A stretch of 64,000 nt of DNA, from positions 128,001 through 192,000 of IMG/VR virus record IMGVR_UViG_3300036762_000065. The stretch is one strand, 5' to 3'. Below the pieces are notes generated by a model. It was not told the DNA's origin, made no database searches, and saw nothing but the letters and a program-made list of their open reading frames with translations. Below are positions 57,787-64,000 of the stretch, piece after piece. Made by a program: the position numbers and the translations under genes. Position 1 is the first letter of the stretch. The number at the start of each line of letters is the position of its first letter. This DNA is from a virus (taxonomy: Duplodnaviria; Caudoviricetes).

Positions 57787-58452
57787 TTAACGTATGTGTA
57801 ATATATCACGAACAATATCAATAGATGTTTTTATCACTTCCTCTACAGGACGATTTGCATCAATGACAATAAACCTATCAGGCTCCCTACTAGCTCTATC
57901 CAAAAGGGTGTCTCTAACTTTAGTAAAATACTGCATACTTCTTTCTTCGAGTCCGTTAACTTCTTCGCCTACAACCATACCTCTAGCTGCCTTTCTTTCT
58001 ATGTAAGTATCTATAGGTATATCATACAAAAGAGTTTTTGTAGGCTTGGGGATAAATCCTGCTTCTGCAACAACATCATGCAGTGCCATTAATCTGTATA
58101 GATCAGTAGTATCGGCAGAACCCGCACTTTGATAAGCAAATGTACTGTCGTAAAATCTGTCGGTCAGTACAACACTTCCTAGTCTTAGTAAAGGAATTAT
58201 CTTATTAACGCAATGATCTATACGTGCTGAATAAAACAATAGTGCTTCGGCCAGTTGTGGAATATAAGCATACTTTGAAGTAGCTTCAAATATAAAACCT
58301 CGCAGGTCTTCTGCGAACGGAGTGCCGCCAGGCTCTCTAGTTTGATGATGTGGTATATCTAAGTCACGCAACATAGAGGTAATCGCGTTTAGGTTTGTTG
58401 TCTTGCCGCTACAATCAACACCTTCTATAGAAAAAAATGTGCCTTTATTCAT
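57787..58452 (-). CDS. tmk: Thymidylate kinase
   Basis: F.SIEG.D.SGKTT, TREPGGT, LTDRF.DST.AYQ, IDA. Confidence 0.95.
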   Translation of the reverse strand: MNKGTFFSIEGVDCSGKTTNLNAITSMLRDLDIPHHQTREPGGTPFAEDLRGFIFEATSKYAYIPQLAEALLFYSARIDHCVNKIIPLLRLGSVVLTDRFYDSTFAYQSAGSADTTDLYRLMALHDVVAEAGFIPKPTKTLLYDIPIDTYIERKAARGMVVGEEVNGLEERSMQYFTKVRDTLLDRASREPDRFIVIDANRPVEEVIKTSIDIVRDILHIR

Positions 58453-58457
58453 GACTC

Positions 58458-58799
58458 TCAGTCTCTTGTGTTGGGAAATAATGGAGCATAACGGTTTTGT
58501 ATTCCTTGTATATCTTTCAACCTATCTGGAGTAATTAGGTATTCTATCTTCAATTCTCCGAACTCGTTGTATTCCTGCAGTATAACATGCCTACACGCAA
58601 ACAGTTTAAGACACTCAACAGGCTCAATCTCATTCGTAGTATCTTCACACGAAAAATATAAATTTTTCAAGCTTAAATAGATACGTTCTTGACTGTTACA
58701 CTTATCCACTTTTATTGTTTGGGTTATCCAAGAATCTGCACGGCATGACAGCCCAAACAATAAAAGCAAACACGTAAAAAGACGCATCGTAGACCTCAT
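58458..58799 (-). CDS. Secreted or lipoprotein-like hypothetical protein
   Basis: Hydrophobic N-terminus ending FGLSC. Confidence 0.55.
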   Translation of the reverse strand: MRSTMRLFTCLLLLFGLSCRADSWITQTIKVDKCNSQERIYLSLKNLYFSCEDTTNEIEPVECLKLFACRHVILQEYNEFGELKIEYLITPDRLKDIQGIQNRYAPLFPNTRD

Positions 58800-58996
58800 T
58801 TCTTTAGTTCGTTGAGTTTTCGCAATAACTCTGCTTGGAAACTATCTCTTTGTTCATCGGTACACCTGCCTGCAACTACAGGATGTACTTTAATGACTCC
58901 TTGAAATACAGATACAGCTCGCATCATACCTTCTGCTTGTTCTTTTGGTAGGTCAGGGTCTAGGGTTACTGTAAAACCCATAACATACATACTCAT
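58796..58996 (-). CDS. Small hypothetical protein
   Basis: ATGA coupling on both sides. Confidence 0.6.
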   Translation of the reverse strand: MSMYVMGFTVTLDPDLPKEQAEGMMRAVSVFQGVIKVHPVVAGRCTDEQRDSFQAELLRKLNELKK

Positions 58997-59499
58997 GCTC
59001 CTATACTTACTCTTTGTATACGTTTAATGTTGTGTCTGGAGTCCCCTCCTCGCCACGCTAGTTTTACTATAAGCTTTCGTTTGCTGCTTATATCCGTATC
59101 CCTAGTTTTAGCATTGAGTACAACAGATATGGTACCAGTGTGTTCCATAAGTACCATAATGCCGACACCTTCTCGTTTTAAATCTTCTTTGATCGTGCTA
59201 TAAAATTTACTATCAAACAGCTTCTGAGGAATAACGAAATAGAACTTGTCAAACACTCCTATTTGTAAGTAATCGTACCACTTAGTATCTGCCTTGTAGT
59301 CGGAAGCACAACTTTTGATTTCGCAACCTACGAACATGCCTTTAGTATCAAACGTAACAAGGTCTACTCGCCTACTACCCCACGCCTTTACGCCTATTTC
59401 TCTATAAACAGAATAATTCTTCTTCACATAGTAATAGGTAGCAGCGAGTAATAGTTTGTCTGTTATTACTCGCCTAGTTACTTTAGGAACGTTAAGCAT
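58993..59499 (-). CDS. MmcB-like PD-(D/E)xK nuclease
   Basis: RVDL...EIKS..SDY..D.KW..Y....D.FYF..P. Confidence 0.8.
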   Translation of the reverse strand: MLNVPKVTRRVITDKLLLAATYYYVKKNYSVYREIGVKAWGSRRVDLVTFDTKGMFVGCEIKSCASDYKADTKWYDYLQIGVFDKFYFVIPQKLFDSKFYSTIKEDLKREGVGIMVLMEHTGTISVVLNAKTRDTDISSKRKLIVKLAWRGGDSRHNIKRIQRVSIGA

Positions 59500-61132
59500 T
59501 GAGATTTATCCTTCTTTTTGCCTCTCTCAGCACATCGTCAACTTCTTGCAAGGTATTCAATTTCTGCCTTAATATTAGTTTTGTTATAAAACTAAAGGTT
59601 TCGTCTATTGTCTTCCTGCCTTTAAAATAAAATTCAAATAGTGTTTGCATCTCCCTTGCTAGATCATTAAACACTTGATCGTGCTTCCCAGACAGGTTAG
59701 CGTAACTACGTGCATAGTGCAGTTCCTTCAAAGGTTCAATACCTCTAACCAATGTTGTGATTTCCCGTTTAAACGCGGGTAATTTCATAAATAAGCTGTC
59801 AGGAGTGTCTTGCCAGAATTTAAACAGATACGCCCTATCGGCCTCTGTAAGCACATCTAACACAGACTCCTTTAGTAACCCGGAGGACGCGGATTTCTTG
59901 TATTCAGGCATTCCACTATTTAACATAACTATGGTTGCAAATCTCAAAAAAGACAAGACTCTAACTTTTTCAGTGTGTTGAACTATGGATTTTATATTTT
60001 CAGAAACATCCATTGTATCGTGCTTTGGAACTATCTTTTCTGCTATAGTGCCTGTGAGATTTTTAATAATGTCATGTACGCGAGGATTTAATGTAAGATT
60101 AGTAAATTTCTTACGTGTGTTATTCAACGTAAATTTCTTTGTCAGGGAAGGGAACTTAGTTACGAAAGGGTCTCGGGTTTTACCGTAAGCATAGTTCGTG
60201 TAAACACCGTGACCTACTTTGGCACCGTATGCTCCTATTATGTCCTGTATGTGCTCTTTGAACGGAGCGTTTGAATAAACTCCTCTGAACGAATCGTTGT
60301 TATAAACAATTAAAGTATATAAATCAAGGTCTAATTTATCAACAGGCATATCCGCTGTATATTCAGGTACTTCAAACCCTAGAGCATTAAGTCTCTTAAC
60401 AGCCTGTACGAACAAAGGCCCGTGCCCATTACGTATATTATTCTCATCATACTCGGTCTTGCCTTGCTCCACAGCAAGTTTTTTATGATGTAGATGTACC
60501 ATTTCATGAAGAAGCGTATTTACAAGACGCTTCTTGTTTGTAGTAGCGTTTTTACTTATACGTATGGCTTGTTTAAGTATCCTATCTCCCATCCATTCTG
60601 TAAGTGCATTACCTGCTACTTTATATGCATTAATGATAATAAGCTTTGTTTGGACACTCAATACATTATTGAAATACTTTTTGTTTAATAAGTTGAACAA
60701 CCTGTGCAGCTCAGGTCTTGTTACAGGCATGTTGACTTCTGGATAAATCTCGTTTTCTGGAACGTCTTTTGCAGGAACATGCTTTCTAGGTACTAAAGTG
60801 CTCTTCTTGGCAGGAACAAAACGCGCACGTATATTTTGAGGATCAAGACCGCCTGCACCTTTCTTGACATTAGTGCCGTTAACTTTCCCACCGAATCCTT
60901 TAGACTTCTTTATAAGAAAAGAAGCTTCTTTTTCTGTCAGAGTAAATAAAACGCTCACATCGGCAGAGTCAATCAACTTGAAGTTTGAACCTACTTTACG
61001 TATACCAAACTTATCTTTGGGTTCCAAATTTAGATCGTATTTACTGTGATGATTTTCAAAAGATTTTTTACGACCGTAGTATGTGAACCATTCATACAGT
61101 TCTACTTTAGCGGCAGATATGGACACAAGCAT
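59492..61132 (-). CDS. SprT-like zinc metalloprotease with tag variant MLVSISA
   Basis: F..LN.KYF...L, TLLHEMVH, GHGP.F. Confidence 0.8.
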   Translation of the reverse strand: MLVSISAAKVELYEWFTYYGRKKSFENHHSKYDLNLEPKDKFGIRKVGSNFKLIDSADVSVLFTLTEKEASFLIKKSKGFGGKVNGTNVKKGAGGLDPQNIRARFVPAKKSTLVPRKHVPAKDVPENEIYPEVNMPVTRPELHRLFNLLNKKYFNNVLSVQTKLIIINAYKVAGNALTEWMGDRILKQAIRISKNATTNKKRLVNTLLHEMVHLHHKKLAVEQGKTEYDENNIRNGHGPLFVQAVKRLNALGFEVPEYTADMPVDKLDLDLYTLIVYNNDSFRGVYSNAPFKEHIQDIIGAYGAKVGHGVYTNYAYGKTRDPFVTKFPSLTKKFTLNNTRKKFTNLTLNPRVHDIIKNLTGTIAEKIVPKHDTMDVSENIKSIVQHTEKVRVLSFLRFATIVMLNSGMPEYKKSASSGLLKESVLDVLTEADRAYLFKFWQDTPDSLFMKLPAFKREITTLVRGIEPLKELHYARSYANLSGKHDQVFNDLAREMQTLFEFYFKGRKTIDETFSFITKLILRQKLNTLQEVDDVLREAKRRINLNA

Positions 61133-61293
61133 AGGTTCTCCAATTGCGATTGCTTAATATCGTCTTCGGTCAGCGTAAATTCTTTTTTATTGTTTAAAAA
61201 GGCAACGTTAATTATATGTATTTCAGGATAGTTCAATGTCCTAAACTGCGTCTGTATACTTGTACTATTATCAAACAACTGTACAGTGTTCAT
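61102..61293 (-). CDS. Small hypothetical protein
   Basis: Fills the gap; overlaps the next start by 31 nt. Confidence 0.4.
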   Translation of the reverse strand: MNTVQLFDNSTSIQTQFRTLNYPEIHIINVAFLNNKKEFTLTEDDIKQSQLENLCLCPYLPLK

Positions 61294-61318
61294 ATAATTA
61301 CCGGCTAAATAGGTGTTG

Positions 61319-61819
61319 TTAAAGAACTACAATCTCTTTAACGCCTGTGAGTTTATAATTCTTTGTAAGTGCTGGAGTTATTTTTGAGAAGTTAATTGCG
61401 TACATGCCACTGTCTGCTATTGTTACCGGAACGCTACAGGTGCCGTTAACTACAACAATTTTTAACATTGCTGCTAGGGTACCGCTTAATTTATTCATTA
61501 GAGGTACATAGTAGGTACCGTTAAATGAAGTATCTATGTTGCTGTCATTGCGAACTTCAACAACGAAGTCTGAAGCCGAGCCTCTCACTAATTCAACAGG
61601 ACCTGATATGTCAATAGTATTTTCTACCAACACAGGAGGAATAAAATTAGTTCCATCAAATGTATAATCACAATCAACTATAACAGAAGAATCAACTACT
61701 TTTGTAAGAGGGTCAGTCTCATCGTATTGCAGAAGACCAGCAGACCCTGAGATAATAGTAATAACAAGGTTACTGTTGTCTAGTTTAACGTACTTTTTGT
61801 TTTCTTCTATCGGTAACAT
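61319..61819 (-). CDS. Putative fibre-associated protein
   Basis: Y....F..P chaperone-like start plus beta-rich C-terminus. Confidence 0.6.
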   Translation of the reverse strand: MLPIEENKKYVKLDNSNLVITIISGSAGLLQYDETDPLTKVVDSSVIVDCDYTFDGTNFIPPVLVENTIDISGPVELVRGSASDFVVEVRNDSNIDTSFNGTYYVPLMNKLSGTLAAMLKIVVVNGTCSVPVTIADSGMYAINFSKITPALTKNYKLTGVKEIVVL

Positions 61820-61820
61820 G

Positions 61821-62171
61821 CTACTGTACTCCTATATCTTCTATTATTAATATAGCATTAAGTGTTGTAGTCTGACCTTGCGTATTGAAGAGAATATTTT
61901 GACCAGGGCCAAGAAAATAACTTCTACGGTAAGGTGTACCATTATTATTACGAAAGCTATTATTTAGAGGTAGGGAGGACGTGCCGTTAGCTGCAAAATC
62001 CTCTATTGATACCGTCCCACGTATAAGGTTTCCTCCAATAGTTATTGAGCCAGAAGCGGAAGGTATAGTAATTCCAGTTAATATTAATTCAGCTACTTTA
62101 CCTACAGGTAAAGTATAAAGACTTTGATTACCCGACGAACCAATATTTAAATACTGTATTTCTTTAGACAT
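61821..62171 (-). CDS. Small beta-rich structural protein
   Basis: LYT.P.GK.A motif; coupled to neighbours. Confidence 0.6.
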   Translation of the reverse strand: MSKEIQYLNIGSSGNQSLYTLPVGKVAELILTGITIPSASGSITIGGNLIRGTVSIEDFAANGTSSLPLNNSFRNNNGTPYRRSYFLGPGQNILFNTQGQTTTLNAILIIEDIGVQ

Positions 62172-63151
62172 TAGAAGAGCCCTTTACTAAATAATCCTGT
62201 AGAACCACCACCGCTTCCTGTAGGCAAGGGTGATCCGTTTTGTGAGATAGTGCCTATAACATTAAGATTTTTGTTTAATGTAACTGTAGCACCTCCGTCA
62301 ATTCTCAAAAACGCATCACTGGATAAACCGTCCAACAAATCAGCATCTAGTCCTGAACCTGCACCGTCTACGGTTTTAATGGCAATTAACAATTCATTTG
62401 CTGTTGAATAGTGGTTTGTTTGAGAATGGTCATAGGCAATCTTACCCCGATCTCCCCTATATGCAGTAGAAGAGGTCTCACCTAGTGCTAAGTCTGACCC
62501 TGTAGGCACATAAGAAGAGCCTGACCATCGGTATGTAATGTTAGTGTCTATAGCTATATAAATTTTACTGCCTTCTCCCGTAACAGGAAACGCTGCTAAG
62601 TTAGCATGTTCAATAACGTCATCCACGTAAGAAGGTAATTGAGAACTTGGTACACGTCCTTGTGCGTCTAATTGCGCTATACCGTTATTAGCTCCCACCA
62701 AGGTGTTATCGACTTTTAGGTTTAACTCTATTTGTGCAGCACTACTTACGGGCTTATCTGCATCGGAAGTATTATCAACGTTACCGAGACCTATATCAGA
62801 CTTGGTATGTGTATGGCTAATGTCCGAGTAGTCAGAATCATGGTTGTGTGTTAAAGTACTATATTCAGAATCATGGTTGTGTGTTAAAGGACTGTAAGCT
62901 GTGTCATGATTGTGAGTAGAGGGCTGTACTGTGAATTCTGCCCATGTTGTTAAATCTGGACCAAGTTTGTAGTAAGTTGAATCCGCTATAACATAAACTA
63001 AAATACCTTCTTTCCTAGAACCTAATACTATATCATCTCTATCAGTTGTAGTATTTACAACACGAAAGCCGCCTCGTAATTGGGTATCTTCTAGTATGAA
63101 AGGTACAGAACCGGAACCGGGCAACATAAATGAAGATAGAAAAATTGGCAT
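62171..63151 (-). CDS. Tail fibre protein
   Basis: THNHD metal-knot repeats, GLGNVDNTSD..KPVS, QLPSYVDDV, GSGLDADLLDG. Confidence 0.85.
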   Translation of the reverse strand: MPIFLSSFMLPGSGSVPFILEDTQLRGGFRVVNTTTDRDDIVLGSRKEGILVYVIADSTYYKLGPDLTTWAEFTVQPSTHNHDTAYSPLTHNHDSEYSTLTHNHDSDYSDISHTHTKSDIGLGNVDNTSDADKPVSSAAQIELNLKVDNTLVGANNGIAQLDAQGRVPSSQLPSYVDDVIEHANLAAFPVTGEGSKIYIAIDTNITYRWSGSSYVPTGSDLALGETSSTAYRGDRGKIAYDHSQTNHYSTANELLIAIKTVDGAGSGLDADLLDGLSSDAFLRIDGGATVTLNKNLNVIGTISQNGSPLPTGSGGGSTGLFSKGLF

Positions 63152-63230
63152 AGAAAAACCTCTTATATAAATAAACTTCTAAGAAACTGCACTAATTTGG
63201 ATAACATTGATACAGTGCTATTCATTTTTG

Positions 63231-63920
63231 TCACTGTAATGAAGCACTTATATCTAATATTCTATACATACCGCGTAGATTATAGAAAAATTGTGTTGAG
63301 TTAGTACCGAGCTGGACCAAATCTTCTCTAAAGCCTAATTGACCTGTTGCAGCAGCAGGAACATAACTTGTATTACTATTGCTAGGTAAGTGTTGATTCA
63401 TAAATAATGAAGCTTCTGCCGATGCTAATGACGGTGATGTGCCGAAAGAATTTTCGTTGTATATAGCTCCAGCCGCAAAGTTATTAGTGTTGATGTTTGT
63501 CTCAGGTATGTTCGATACTCCTAAATCTCCGTATGTAAAATCTCCAAAAGCCCCAGAATGCAGACCTTGTAGGAATTTGCCTGATCCTAACGGAACTAAG
63601 AATTTAAAAAACTCAAACCCTATCGGCTGTACTGTGTCGTTAAATAACAAGGAACGACTAGGTGTTTCCATAAGACCGGAATTAACACTAGAAAAATCTG
63701 ATGCTATTTCTGTATAGGTTAATACGAAGCCTATATCATCCACTGTATCATACGCCAATAGGTGAGTACGATCTGTAACAACAATAGATCCATCCGAACG
63801 GGTATAACTATAAGGGCTTTCTAGGTTGGAATTCACACCAACACTTCGTACCAGTGCAATTTCTTGAAGTGCAGTGGATTTATTTATCGAAACCGTACCT
63901 AACAACGCAGGAACAGACAA
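63231..63920 (-). CDS. Putative structural protein (start uncertain)
   Basis: Long ORF on the block strand. Confidence 0.5.
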   Translation of the reverse strand: MSVPALLGTVSINKSTALQEIALVRSVGVNSNLESPYSYTRSDGSIVVTDRTHLLAYDTVDDIGFVLTYTEIASDFSSVNSGLMETPSRSLLFNDTVQPIGFEFFKFLVPLGSGKFLQGLHSGAFGDFTYGDLGVSNIPETNINTNNFAAGAIYNENSFGTSPSLASAEASLFMNQHLPSNSNTSYVPAAATGQLGFREDLVQLGTNSTQFFYNLRGMYRILDISASLQ

Positions 63921-64000
63921 TGCGTTTATATAAAACTTCCTACAATATATTGTGGTAGACTTAATGCCATCAACAGCATAAAATACAGGACGTAAGGTTC

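Noticed and set aside
62810-62915. 33-bp tandem repeat as a regulatory or mobile repeat
   Set aside because: Encodes THNHD metal-binding fibre repeats; ordinary coding repeat.
393-63717. Many short antisense or nested ORFs in the track (e.g. 646..1038, 7812..8324, 17108..17632, 41281..41739, 48821..49438)
   Set aside because: Shadow frames of longer genes with recognisable motifs; no RBS or independent motifs.
1-64000. tRNA genes
   Set aside because: No cloverleaf with T-loop GTTCRA and acceptor stem was recognised in the few intergenic gaps; not checked by tRNAscan.
1-64000. Stop-codon reassignment as in some jumbo phages
   Set aside because: Coding density is high in the standard code, and TAA, TAG and TGA all end well-defined genes.

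Overview
AT-rich, densely coding segment of a large (jumbo-type) contractile-tailed phage read in the standard code. The gene content suggests a Gammaproteobacterial host, possibly marine (inference). Two minus-strand blocks (1-32.7 kb, 45.6-64 kb) encode baseplate (gp25-, gp6/J-like, PAAR-like, wedge) and fibre proteins (collagen, Calx-beta, Ig-like, FG-GAP-like), plus topoisomerase IB, thymidylate kinase and several enzymes. They flank a plus-strand accessory island (32.8-45.6 kb) with thyA, DHFR, a porin/periplasmic-protein pair and many small ORFs. Three observations stand out. (1) A ~285-nt non-coding RNA (38713-38996) reproduces the 23S rRNA GTPase-associated centre (H43/H44, L11 site) with compensatory base changes, but is split by a 210-nt structured insert. 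(2) It sits inside an array of four integron attC-like hairpins (38.37-40.05 kb) that delimit small cassettes, with no integrase in the window. (3) At least 11 otherwise unrelated minus-strand proteins (Acb1-like 2H phosphoesterase, ART-like, SprT-like, RyR-like, basic proteins) share a short N-terminal tag, typified by MIPIQISLS, which is a candidate capsid-packaging or ejection signal. All family assignments come from motif recognition by eye; no searches were run.
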